Of a DNA stretch of 64,000 nucleotides, positions 35,417 through 48,812 are shown piece by piece. The notes under the pieces were generated by a model. The model was not told where the DNA came from. It did not search any database and worked only from the letters and a program-made list of their open reading frames with translations. Origin of the DNA: Blepharisma stoltei ATCC 30299 (Eukaryota > Protista > Ciliophora); NCBI GenBank assembly GCA_965603825.1, contig CBFDEM010000007.1:78111-142110 (forward strand). Reading direction: 5' to 3'. How positions within the stretch are numbered: the stretch's first letter is position 1; each line of letters begins with the position of its first letter. The position numbers and the translations under genes were made by a program.

Positions 35417-36454
35417 TTAGTGTAATATTGCTTTTTTTGAATTATAAATAGCTAAAAGCTGATCAGCTATTTCGATTAGCTTTTCATTGCTCTTAGATTT
35501 AATAAAGGAAAGATAAAAGAATAGTTTTTTCCTTATATTCTGAATTTTCTTGTTGCCTTTTCTGCCCTTCATAAATTGAGAAATTTGTTCAAGTCCAAAA
35601 AATTCATATAAACTGAGAAGACATTTCACAATATGAGACTTGTGTTTAAAAATCAAAAATAAATCATATATAATGGCTAAATTGAGCCTTTTCGCGACTT
35701 CATTATCATGAATCATAGCATTTTCTATTGCTTTGTATACAGAAGTCTCCAAACTTGAAATTTCATGATGGATTTCCCCACTAAGCACATCTGAAATTTC
35801 TAATAAAAGGCTGCACATATCACTTTCATTATATTCTGTATCCCCATTATAGGATCTTCAAACATAAGCAAAGCTCCACAAGGCATTTGCAATATGAAAA
35901 ACAATCTCATTCGAAGGGCTTTTGCAAAGAGCAGTAATCGGTGGCAGACTATTATAAATTGATTTCCATGAATCTGCAGTAATCTCAGCGATATCAGGAT
36001 TTTGAGGATTTTCTTCCAGCCATCAAGGCTTCCATTCTTCTATATATTTAAGCAAGTTTCCGTTCTTAATATCATTTTCAAAGCACTGGATCTCTGCCTG
36101 CGTTAACTCAATATTTTCTTGCTTTTCGTCTATCTGGCTTTCAATGATTTCTAATCTTTTTTCTTGTTCTTCAGTCAGGCACTCTAAATCGAGGTCTTTT
36201 CCTTGTTCGTTTACTGAGGCTAAAATTTTGTGGAATTTTGAGATTTCTTCTTTGGATGGCTTTTTGTTTTTGAGTCCATTGAGGACTTGTTCTTGGTAGA
36301 AATTTTCTGTGCATTCTAAATTGTGAGACTGATAACATCTGAGAGAACAATATGGGATTTTGCATTGAGGGCATATATATTTGGCATTTTTTCTGTTGCA
36401 GTATAAGCAGAGACAGTCAAGAAGACCAAAAGTTTGTGTGCTTGATTTTATCAT
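35417..36454 (-). CDS. ZNHIT2: Zinc finger HIT domain protein, ZNHIT2-like (345 aa)
   Basis: CxxC...YICPQCKIPYCSLRCYQSH...CTENFYQEQV is the ZNHIT2-type zf-HIT. ORFs 36023-36454 and 35417-35818 join in frame through two TGAs, one in the family WxPWW motif and one in AYVWRSYNGD. Confidence 0.85.
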
Positions 36455-36712
36455 ATTGATAAAAATATAATAATGGGATATTGTATAAAGAAGCAGCCTG
36501 TGGATTTAAAGATTTATCTTATTAGGCTGAAAGATGATATTTTGAACTGTGATTTAAATTATTCTTTAATTTTCAGAGGAAGAATTTTAATTGAAATAGA
36601 TAAAGCTAAATAAACATATTTTTAGAGTGCAGTTAATCAGAATCAAGCTTATTACTCCCTCTAATTTATGATCAATTACCTCTAAAAAGGGGATTTAATT
36701 ATTTAAAACTAT

Positions 36713-37414
36713 ATGAGCAAAACTCAATTCATCGATCTTACAGACGACCCTATAGATAGGTCAGAGCCAAAAAAACGAAAGCCGTCATCCCCTAAGTCTC
36801 CTAAATTTTCTGGACCTCCTGCCTCTCCCAAAGGCTCTAAATCTCCTCCATCATCTGAACCTCCTGCTTCTAAAAAAAGATCTCCTAAAGAAGGCAAAAA
36901 ATCTAACAAAAAACCCAAGCCCAAGCCAGAAAAGCCTGCTCCAACCCCAAAGCCTGACATAAGAGAATCATTAATGATAAAATCATTAATAAAACCAGGC
37001 TCAATTTCAGACCGAATCAAAAGTTTATACACAAAACCCCAGATTCCTCCTGACGCCCAAGTAACTGAATTAGAAGACATGGACAATTTAAAGCCTCAGC
37101 AGCCTCCACTAAACGAAAATGTGCCTGGAAATAAAAAAAGTACAGAAAAAAGCGTAAAATCCAAACCTTTAGAACCGAATTTGCCTTCAAATAAATTGGA
37201 CGATAGCTCATTTACAAGCAAGCCCCCTAAAAAAATTGGAGATTTAGGTCTCAGAATATTCGATAAAGAGCTTGAAGGCAGCCCAGTAGATAAGCTGCTG
37301 AAATGAAATTCCTCGATCAGCTCTGACAGGGTGGATATAGAAATCCCTAAAAAACGAGCTAGAAGTCTGGAAGAGGGGATTGAAGGAAATTTTAGCAGCG
37401 ATATATTAATTTAA
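36713..37414 (+). CDS. Lys/Pro/Ser-rich disordered protein (233 aa) with an N-terminal SUMO-interaction-like motif
   Basis: ORF extends through TGA 37304-37306 to TAA 37412-37414; FIDLTDD, PKKRK NLS-like motif, repeated SPK. Confidence 0.75.
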
Positions 37415-37894
37415 TATATATAAATCAATGATATTTATAATAAAATTTACAGATTAGTTCTTTTCAGATGCTAAAAGCAAATAATTGATTTCAATTTGCT
37501 TTAATTTCTTCTTTTTTAAATCGAATTTGTAATAGTAATACATGCTCAGCTGGCATATACTGAAATATATACATTATTTTGATTATATATAGGAGAGAAT
37601 TGTAAGTTAATTCCGCTGATATCTAGGTTTTTGAGAATTTACACTATTTTTGAGTAAGTATGCAATGTAAATGGTGATACTTTTTCAACTATTTCCTCAT
37701 CATCGTTGTGCTTCCTTTTTCTATTTTGCTTTGGATCAATGCAAGCGGGACTAATATCCATTTTATTAAATTGCACAAAATATGTAAAATCCTAATTTTT
37801 TATTTGAAGAAGCTATATATAAAGTAACACAGACTTATAAATTAGAATTACTAAGGAAGATATAGAGAGAATTTTTTATGGAGTAAGCAAAAAA

Positions 37895-39043
37895 ATGAGA
37901 CTATTTAAGAAAAAACTGAATATAATAATTGAAGGAATTGGAAAATGCATAACCATGTCAACGTCTGATGATATTATTTATTACGAAAACCATATAAAAT
38001 CTCAGATAAAAGATGAAATAAAACCATTTATCGCCTACTTTACTATATGGATTCATAGATTCAATACCAATTCCTCTTGAAAATCTGCCCTGAGCAAAAA
38101 TGTGGAGTCAATAAATCATTATCGATTATATGTCAAAAAATACATAATTTTTCTCAGGGATATAAATGCCATTGATAAAAAATTCGAAAATATCAAAAAA
38201 ATGAGCACATTTTATAATAGTCCATTTTTATATCAGATTTCTAGATTTTGGGCAGGTATGTGCTCTTTCTACACGTATAATATTGAGACACAAGAAGATA
38301 AATTCAAAGAGCTCAGTACAGACCGAGACTTTGGCGTCCATTCCGTCCTCGTTTTGCTCCCTGACAATAGACTTTTCATTTTTGGAGGCCCAAGAAAGAC
38401 AAGCTCTGGAGTTGCCCGCATCATTGATTTAGCCACTTTTCGAATAAAACGCCTTGGCAAATTAATTCCACGGCAAGACCCAGGAGCTCTCTATTATCAA
38501 AATGCTATTTATATATTCGGAGGCTTCACAAAAAGAAATCGACACAATTTACTAGTACAGAAGTATGATTTTTCACGAAAAAGATGAATGGTATTGATGA
38601 ATTTGCCTAAAAAATCGGATTTCTGTGTATGTGCACCATTTATAAATGGAATCTTAATAAGTGGTTTTTTGCATAAATGCATATATAGATATGACATTAA
38701 TTTGGGAAATTATATAAAAGTTTATAAAGAGAACGAAATATTTGAATGGGATAAAGTAATGTTTACTGCAAGATACAGGGTTTATTTATTTGTTATTAAC
38801 ACTGGAATTTATGAAAGCGAATATTGGAATGAATTTAATTGAAATAAAATTGCGAATGGTGCTATGTCTCAAAAAAGAAGCAATGGGCAATTTTCAGCGA
38901 CTTATTTTAGAGGGTCTATTTATTATCATTATGCAGATATAGAGTGCAAATACTACTATAAGTTTGATTTAGATATGAAGGTGCAGGAGAGATTCTTAAA
39001 GTCCAATTATAGAAAGTTAAAGTTAATTGAAGATGATTCATAG
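37895..39043 (+). CDS. Divergent Kelch-repeat beta-propeller protein (382 aa)
   Basis: Three listed ORFs share one frame joined by TGA (38078, 38585, 38840) to TAG 39041-39043; LFIFGG, IYIFGG...VQKYDFSRKRW, where the blade-terminal W is TGA. The start is uncertain. Confidence 0.8.
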
Positions 39044-40548
39044 AAACCAAAAGCTTTATTATCAATAAAATAACTGAAAAAATTAATTTATTTAGTTTAT
39101 CGAAAAATAAAATTTATATTTCTTCCATTATATCTTTTTGATTAATTTAATTAAGGGAATGGTAAAAATTAATAGACATAGGTTAGAATTGTCTTTCAGC
39201 GGCATGATTATTTGAATATAAAGTAATGATTGTAAATTCTCATAAGGATCTAAAGCAAAATAATTCATTGTAATAAAAAATAAAAGCTTTATTTTTTTGA
39301 AAAGTGCCAAAATCTAAAGGTAAATGATAAAATTGATAAAAATATAAATTTGAAGTCATATTTGCATGAAAAATTGCTTCCTTCAAAAAGCGGTTGAGTT
39401 TTATGCTATCATTTAGTTAAATATAAAATTAATAAAGAATTTGACCCTAAGCTGCGTGGGCATTTAGCTTACTTCCCAAAAATGAATGTCAAAGCGTTTC
39501 AGCCATCTATGTGGCCTTTGTCCATAGAGAAATCCATGTAGGTGTATGAGTTGTACTGATGGCACTACCTTTATTATAAAGCTTATATCAATTGAATGAA
39601 AGATAGATTGCTCTACTTTTTATTTTTCATATAATCTTTTCAAATCATCCTTATTGAAGGCTAGTTTTTAGCAGCATTTATTTGAGGGTTCTATTCGATT
39701 TTAGAGGTTGTAAACTTTGTGAAAACTATTCCTAAAATATCATATATAAACTTAAAAATAATTTGGCTGTCAAAATCATACAAAACTAATAAAATTATTA
39801 ATCAAGTTTAATAAAGCTTTTACGCGATAATTAAAAATAAAATTTATCATTATTTAGAAACACGGGGAATTCAACATGAGTTCGTCCTTAATATTAGCGA
39901 AAGACTGGTAGCATCTACCTATCTTAGGCTGAATCATATTTAGCAGATGATGGTTTGTTTATAGCCAATGAACCCTGAGGCATAACTCACAGCTATACTC
40001 ATGGGCACCTGCCTTCCCTTTATTCTTTATTAGAGGATATTATGTATAATCCTAATGACGATAGCTAAATGTGCTCTTTCCAGTTCCATATCTAAAGAAA
40101 AGTCCTATACTTCCTATAAGGGATCTGTGGCACAAGAAAACTCTCTTAAATGAATACATTAACAACTCACTTATATCTCAATTTAGCTCCTCTTGGCTTC
40201 CACACAAGAGGCTAGGTGGTTGTCTCCATCATATTAATGCATTTTATGATAATCAAAATAATAATTTTATAAAAATAAGCATCATCAATGGCTAGAATCC
40301 GATAGACTACAGTTTATCGCAAACTTTAATATTTAGCTATCCTGATATTCAAAATTGAAGGACAAATATAAGACTCTATTTAGTTTTATACTTATTATAA
40401 AGAAATCTCAACATAAAAAGCTGCCACTTTTCATCAATTTTCAAGATAAAGCTGCCAGTCAATTAGTTAAAAATCTTAAAATAGCTTAAAACCATAATAT
40501 CTTTTTAAGTGGTTACAGATATTTAGCTGGCATTTTATTCAGTATAAA

Positions 40549-43500
40549 ATGTTTCCTGGAGTATTAGTTTTATTAGCCTTTATTGTTCTAGCCAGCACAA
40601 ATTCCCAGGAATTAGCTTCTAGGATGAATATTTCAGAATACATTATTGGTTATTCTCAAGAACCAATAGCTTCTCAGGCGTCTTCTTTACTTCCTAATCG
40701 AGTCCTTCAAAACTGCTATTTAGGCTGTGCTACCTGCACAGATACATATTTTGATAGTTGCACAATTTGCCAGTCGACATACAATTATCATAACGGCCAG
40801 TGTTTAAAGGAATGCCCAACTGGATATATTGCGACTCTTACGACTTCTTGAGATTGCATTTTGTTGTCAAGTTTGCTTTTTGATATACCTTTTAATAAAA
40901 TTGAAGGATATTTCAACATTCTCAGTGATAGCATGACATTAATTTGCGGAAATAGTCCCTATCAATTTTATCCAAACTATGACAATAATGATCCATATCC
41001 GACGAAAAATAGTGGGTATTATTTTGACCCAACTAAGTCATATATGCAGATGCCACCAAACAGCTGGTCCTCAACGAATTTTATATTGAATATTCAGCAT
41101 ACTATTTCATTTTGAACGTGAAGAAATCCAAATACTAACCTGGATCAAGATGTAGTATTTTCCAAATCGAAAGACTTTGTAAGTTATGAATGGTCTATCA
41201 CTTTATCATCAACTACAATATCCTATATGTTTAATGCAGTTGGAGATCAGGGATATAATTCACAATATGAACTCCCCTTTTCGATCAATGACCCCAGGTC
41301 AGCTTGAAGCTCGTTTACATTTGCAATGGCTCATTCCTCAGGTGCATATTCTCTTTCCCTTTACCAAAATGGGGTATTTAATTCAGTGCAATCTGCTAAT
41401 AGTCCAGGAGGGAAATTTTGATGGGACCCTGAAAAACCATTCATAATAGGATTTAATAGCGAAACTTTGGTTGGGTTTGACGGTTGGATTGCAGAAATTT
41501 CAGTTTATTCAGTTTTTATTACAGATCCTCAACTTTTTTTGCTAGATTGCATAGCTTCAAGTAGCTGCTTCTCCAGTTGTCTGCTTGGCAGTTTCTTATA
41601 TAGTAATTGATGCGCGAGCTGCGGTTCTTCTTGCTCTCAGACTTGCCTATATACAGATCGATGCAGTTTGTGCTATAGCGCTAGTTGTAAATACTGCAAT
41701 GGATTTAGCTCAAGCGAGTGCCTGACATTTACTTGTGTTTATGGGTGTACTAAGTGTTCAGATTCATTATTTTACACCTGCGAAGCTTGCAATACAAATC
41801 TAGGCTTATATGCCCACAAGGGGGTGTGCGTTAATCACTGCCCGGAGCAATATTCTGCTCAAAGCGGAAGCTGCACAGGTGGAATAAATTGAAGAAATAT
41901 CTATGATTTTACATTGGACTCTTTAGCAGGAGCTCCAATATATTATGATCATTGATCTACAACTTATGGCTTAACTCCAAGCAAACTATACCCAGAATTA
42001 AATCCGATTCCAAGTTATGATAGAGGGTTTTATTTTACAGGAAGCAATGATTGCTATTTGACCACAACTAGTGATATCGTCTTTGATTTAGATCATAGTC
42101 ATTCGTTCTGGATCAGGACAGCCGATTCTAACTCTCAAACACTTATTCATAAATGAAATAGTGACAGCTCTGCGGAATTTAGCCTTATACTTTACATAGT
42201 AGGTTTTTGGCCATGAATTTCTATTCGATTGAATACTCCTGACTCCAGCTCCTCTTCAGCCGAAACAACCTATGATGTCTTAGAAAATAACTATCCAATT
42301 GAGAAAGATGTCTGGATTATTTTTACTCTAATCATTCGATTTATCCGAGGATCGACCTTCTACAATCTTTGCATTTATGACTCTTGCAAGGGGCTTACTA
42401 GGATAACAAACGGATTTTTTAGTGACATGTCATCTAAAGCGATTTATGGCGCAAGCTTACAAGGAGGTGTCTATTCAAATCCCTTCCATGGCTTCATGTA
42501 TCGAATTTTATATTACTCCTATGATGTAAGCTCTACGGACCTTGCTATTTTATTTTTAAAAACTTGTACTGGTTGTGATTATTGCACAGGTACTGGAAAG
42601 TGCCTAGGAACTTGTGATTGGAACTTTTATTTAGATACAGGATCGGGAAGCTGCAAATCCTGCCTAAGTTCATGCCAATATGGCTGTATAAATGGCGATA
42701 ATTGTAGTTTATGCAAAGCCAATGCATGCCAACAATGCTCTAGTTTTTATACATCTTCTTGTGATACTTGTTACACTGCTACATATTGAGATGGTGTAAA
42801 GAATTGCGTCTGTCTAAATGGACATGATTTCGACTATGAAAAACTTGAATGCAAAAATCCTTGCTTTTCATTGTGCACCTCATGCAATGGATTGCAGATG
42901 AGCCAATGCACAGCCTGCAAGTCTGAATATAAACTATATAATGGCTTCTGTGTATTGAACTGCCCATTAGGCTATATAAATAATCAATCAGTATGCGAGC
43001 TCCAATCATCAGCGCTTTATATCTCTTATAAGTTCAATCAAATTTTAAACCCTCAATATGATTCAATAAGTGCTTACCCTATAAGTTTAGGTAGTGATAG
43101 TCGTTATTACCCTGATTATGGCTCAGATAATCCATGAACTCTTCCTAATAGAGGACTTTGGTTCCGAGAAAACTCTCTTGCTTCAATTAAGCCGCCAGAA
43201 GCCGATCCGTCAGATAGGATAACTCTCGGCTTAAGTCAAAACATTGACTTGTGGACAATGATTAGTCCTCAAGATATTAATGGAGCAATTCTTGCTGTGT
43301 ATACTACTGACTCATATCTTTTGCTTATACAATGCTATCAGACTTCTTCAGGCTACTCTTTTGAAGCTTGCTATAACGTAACAAACGAATATGACAGCTC
43401 AACAGTCAAATACTGCTTGCAAAGTTCGAGCTATACCTATAATAATTGGCAAAGGGTGGTTCTATCTTATTCTTATTCAGCATACATATCAAAAGCCAGC

Positions 43501-46500
43501 CTTTTTGTGAACGTAGACAAAGTTGACTCATGGACTCATGGCGATGCAATTTATAAAGAAAATTATGAATATAAGTTTGGCTTAGGGACATGAAATTCTC
43601 AGCTGTCTTTTAGTGGGTGCATTTATTCCTTAAAAATTCGCAATTTTGGCGCAGAATCAATTCCTATATGGTCATCTACTTGTGGCTACCCTTTTTGCAC
43701 TGGGGATGGGGAAGGACTTATAAATTGTATGTCGAATGAGTATTATGATAGTGCTGATAAGAGCTGTAAAGCATGTGACCAAAGCTGTAGTATTGGTTGT
43801 GCTAGAGGCAACTCATGCAGTTTGCATGAAAATCCACTGTGCTACAGCTTTTCTAGCTACGAATTTGCCAAGTGCATCGAGTGCAAAATAAACGCTATTA
43901 ACACACCTCCATGTACTTGCAGCGATACTTTTGAGTATGACCCTGTTTCTGAATCTTGTGCATGTCCAAAAGATTATCAATTACTCAATGGGAATTGCAT
44001 AGCTTGCTTCAGGTACTTACAACCAACTGAAATAAAAGCATATTTTACGTCAACTTTTGTGAGAATAATTTTTGAGCTTGGCATACCTATCGATACTACA
44101 AATCTGGACTGTGAGAAGATCTTTCCAACAAATGTCCTATCAAAGTTCGGAAATAGATATTTATGCTATTTTAATTTAGAAGCCACAAAGATAATAATAG
44201 ACCTTGGTGATGAATTCACTATTGAAAATGAGCCAATAGAAATCATCAAAGGAGCATTAAAAGGAAAAAACGCAGAGTGTGGGCACTTTTTATATGATTT
44301 AAATATCGATTTAGACTACTCTGTTCCTTCACTATACCCATCAGCCAAAATTGATGCCCCAAACACTGTTCTCTACAATTGTGAGGATCTTTCGATTTCA
44401 GGGCATAAGTCTACAGGACATATCAAGTCAAGCTTATATTATAAATGAAACATAACATCAGAGCCAAGCATCCCTGCTTTGCTGAACTATAATACAGACT
44501 TCCTAAAAGAAGCAACAGGATTTACCATACCAAAAACTGATCTATCAACTGCAAAAATCACTATTTCGCTGACTGTAAAAAATAGATTTGGAAATGAGGA
44601 TACTACTTCTCTAGTAGTAGAGGCAGTTTCTGATGAAATTTCTATGAATTTTGACAGAGCAATTGACTATCAAACACTATATACTGATTATGCAGAATAC
44701 GCGATTGGCTCAATCTCATCTTGCAGCTTACTTCAAGGCGCAAATTTCACGTGAAAGCTGTTAAGTGCTGTTGGTAATTATTCAAAAATAGACGAAAATA
44801 GTCTTTGGGGCAGCCAAACAGCCCAAGCAACTTTAAATCTTCCTCAAAGAAGTCTTTCTCCTCGCTTAAACGCAACATTTTCAATAGAAGCATTTGACTC
44901 ATCTTCAAATTTGCAAGGCAGAAGCACGCTTGATATCACAATAAAAGCTGCTAACCCATACATCGAATTTTCGCGAGCAAGTGGCAGCGCAGACACGCGC
45001 CATCCTATTTTTATTAACGCTAGTCTTAGCTATGATCCTAACGAAAGAAAGCCTCTTGAATTTGAGTGGGCTTGCTCTTTTGAGAATTCCACTGACTGCA
45101 GTTCTGTTATTTCTGACCCAACTTTGCCAAACTTGACTTTACCTGCAGATTCATTAGCTCAAGGACAAATATATGAATTTACACTGACATGTCTACTCGA
45201 ACTAGGTTCCAGGAGGCAACTAAGTTCGGTCTTCTCACAGAATTTGTTTGATAAAGGGTATAATAGACATTTGAGCAATGAGTTTGTACAATCTCAAAAA
45301 ATCATAACACTGAGCACTTTGAGCTATGAAATTCCTGCGGTTAGTATAACTAATCCTCTGACTGGATCTCAGCCAGATATATTCTCGCTAAACTCTCCAT
45401 TAAGATTTGAAGCCTCAATTACTAGTGACTCAAAAAAATCTTATTCCTATACATGAAGTATCCCTGGAAGCGAAAACGTTGAATTCTTAACTCCTCAGGG
45501 TCAGCTATTTCTTTCCATAAGCCCAGATTCCTTAAGTCCTGGGCAGAGCTATACCCTTCTCTTAAGTGTCTCAGATGGTAAATTAAATTCATATTTTGAA
45601 TACAAATTTTACTCGAACTCTCCTCCATATTCAGGAACTTTTAACGTAACCCCGACATCCGGCATTGAGCTGAAAACTTTTTTCAAGATGGAAGCCCTTG
45701 AATGGGTTGACGACGAAAGCAATTATCCACTTTATTATTCTTATGGATACGTCGCTGAAAACAGCGACATCTACTTGAATTTCAAAAATCAGAGCTCAAC
45801 ACATTATTCTACGTTTCCTTATTTAGGAAACGAACTAGAAGTTTTTATAGTTATTTATGACAGTTTAGGAGCTTACACAAGAAAAACAAGCTCAATCAGT
45901 ATTTCACAGAATCTTATCTTTAACCAGACAGAGCTTTTTATAAGCTACAAGGACTTTGCAAACGCAGAAACTTCAAACCCGCAAGTGTTCCCTTGGATCA
46001 TATCTACGCTATGTAACTCAATTCTCAATCGAGATTATTACTTAAAAGGAAAATATAGAGAGCCTTCTCCTTCAGACCTGCAGCTGTGACAAAATGTTGT
46101 CCAATTCACTATAGAATCAATTGATTTTTTAATAGAAATTAGCCAATTTGATAGCCAGTCCATTTCTGTTTTTTCCTGCTTATTAGGTGTGGTATCTGCT
46201 AACCCTTATTTGCATATCAGCTCTCTAGAAAATAAAGTTTTTCTAATTATTGATGAGATCTTTAATAGTATTTCAAGCTCTCAAGCCCTTTATGAGCAGC
46301 AAATTAATGACTATTTTAAAGTGATTGACCAAGTCTATCAATATAACTCCACAACTCTTGTTGTTAAGAATCGAGAACTTGCAGCTGCAGTACAGTCTAC
46401 AAATAAGATCCAAAGTGCTACCCTTTCACAGATGGTATTGAACGAAAACAAGGAATCAAAAATGACGAATATAGGGGTCACTATGGCAGTAATGAAAGCA

Positions 46501-48141
46501 AATGATTTAAATGGATATCAGCTTAACTCAACTGGCAGAAATGCTTCAGTGCTCTTTCCAGACGATTTTACAGCAATGCTTGCAGACGCGACAAATGAAA
46601 CAATTGTGGACATCGCAATGATGGTTCTCGACTGCCCAAATGACCCCAATAGTATATCATCCTCAGTTGTAGATATAAGTATATACGGTCATAAATCCCG
46701 AGAAAAAATTAGCGTCAATTCTACATCCTCACGGATCTTGATTCAAATCCCTGTTTGGAATGCGAAATATTCTAACTATACTCCTCAATGTGTCTTTTTG
46801 GACACAAAATCAATGAACTGAAGCACAGAAGGATGTATTAAATACAAAAGTGATTCACAAAGTGTGACTTGTAGCTGCAGCCACCTTACAACCTTTACAG
46901 TACTTAATGCAGCTAGTTCATCCATAGTAAATTCCAATATTGGAGATACTTTCAATGCTAATGCATGGCTATCGCTGAATGCCACAAATGCGGCTGGCTT
47001 GTATTTTTGTATCGCAACTTTGATTATATATGGAATTTTAGGGGTTTTAGCTATAAATAGAGATAGAAAAATAGAAAAGGAAGAGGAAAACAGAAGAATA
47101 AAACTGAAGGGGACACCAAAGAAGATTAATAAAGTAGCAACTAAATTTGGAAATTCTTCAGGGAAAATTGGAGATGAAAGTCCTAAGAAGCCATCCAAAA
47201 AATCATGCTGGCCTTGGAAAAAATCAGATCGAGAATATAAAGAACAGAAAAGCGCATCTTTTGTTACTCCAAAAGAAGTATTTGTTTATAGCTTTTCTGA
47301 GGATAGCCTCAATAGAAGCACTGAGGATACAGATGAAAATGCTCGATTTAAGAAATTAATCTGGTATTTTGCAAAAAAGCATGAACTTTTCAGTATCTAT
47401 TTGGTAAGAGATCCATATCTGACCAGTCTCAGCAGGATCACATTATTTTTCCTTGCACTTTTAGGACAAATGTTTTTCATGGGCATGTTTTATCAAAATT
47501 CTGATTCTTCAAGCGAAAACGTGTACTACAACTCGTCTAGTCCAACAAATAGCACAATATCGAATAATGATGATAATTCATCAGTCAATTACAGCTGGAC
47601 CGATTTCTGGATTATGGTTTGGTCTTCTCTATTTATGATTATCATAACTACCCTTCTTAATTTTCTTCTAAAAGAAAAGCTGGTTGAAGACCAAATGACT
47701 GAAATGCAATACAAGAGAATTAAGCGGCAGAATAAAATTAAACGAATAGTAGGGCTCATTTTAGCATGGGGCTTTATGATTTATTTTTGCTGGAGCATTG
47801 TCCTCTTTGCCATTCAGTTTAATGAATCAGTTAGCAGAACTTGGGTTCTCAACGTAGGGGTTGGGTATATAGTCAATATTTGTTTTACATCTGTCGTTAA
47901 AGCAGCTCTGTATGCTTATATAGCGATAAAAGTGGTTGAATTTTACGAAAAGTATAAAAGGAAAAAGTTTAGACAGAATAATGAACTGGAAAGCGACGAT
48001 TTGATTGATGAAATACAGACTGCGACTCCTGGACTGAAAGGAAATGGGAAGATCGCTGATATAGATACATCAATTCCAAAAGAAGAGGAAGAAAAAACAA
48101 AAGACAGAGCAAAAAGAGTTGTGGCGGCACATAAAGTTTAA
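40549..48141 (+). CDS. Polycystin-1/REJ-like GPS-domain membrane receptor (2530 aa) with furin-like Cys-rich and LamG-like repeats
   Basis: Twelve listed ORFs share one frame, broken only by 18 TGA codons. Signal peptide; three [Cys-rich + LamG/ConA-like] units; REJ motif NSPPYSGTFNVTPTSG...WVD...PLYY; GPS CVFLD...W(TGA)STEGC...TCSCSHLTTF; about 5 TM helices; TAA 48139-48141. Confidence 0.85.
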
Positions 48142-48812
48142 GCAATTATTTAAAACCTTTTCTTTATTAATTGATTATTAAGTTTAATGTAATTTATTTT
48201 ATAGTAATTAAAGATATCATGTCATCATCGGAAACTGATAAAATCAATTTAGCATTTCATATCTATACATCGAGAAAGAATTTATAAATATTCGCCAATA
48301 TTAGTTTGTTATATGCAAATAAATGTGCATTTGATCAGAGGTTAAAACAAAGTTATTATTTTATATGCAGCTTAATAGTTAATTATAGCTCAAATACTGC
48401 CTACCCATGGTTCCATGGTTGAGTTGAAAAGAAAAATAACTACATGCTAAGAAAGCATCGATCTGTGTTGATAGCATAGAGGCATTCGCTAATTATCCTT
48501 CTTATTCAAATGATTCTCTGCCTATAAACTCCACAGTAGTTCAAGTACGTGCAATTTTACACAGTCTCCCCAAGCATTAATAATAAAAATAATCATCACA
48601 AATCCCGACATTTAAAATAATTTAAAGAGCTAGGTTTTTGACGATAAACCAATAGATACTCTATAAATAGCTACATACTGATACTTTAAAGGCAATAGCA
48701 CATCAAATTAATGGGTTTTATTTTATAGAAGCTCACTTCCTAAATCAGCATTATGCCTATTTGTAAGCATGATTTATAATTAGATTAAGCAAATAAGTTT
48801 AATTACTTGAGA

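Noticed and set aside
39380-40300. GC-richer intergenic patches and ORF 40071-40295 as an ncRNA or gene
   Set aside because: No tRNA, snRNA or rRNA signature recognised; the ORF starts at GTG and lacks motifs.
40549-48141. A cluster of a dozen small genes or a pseudogene, as the ORF track suggests
   Set aside because: All pieces are in one frame and separated only by TGA, which is Trp here.
40549-48141. UGA as selenocysteine or cysteine
   Set aside because: TGA aligns with TGG in paralogues and sits at conserved Trp positions, not at Cys positions of the Cys-rich repeats.
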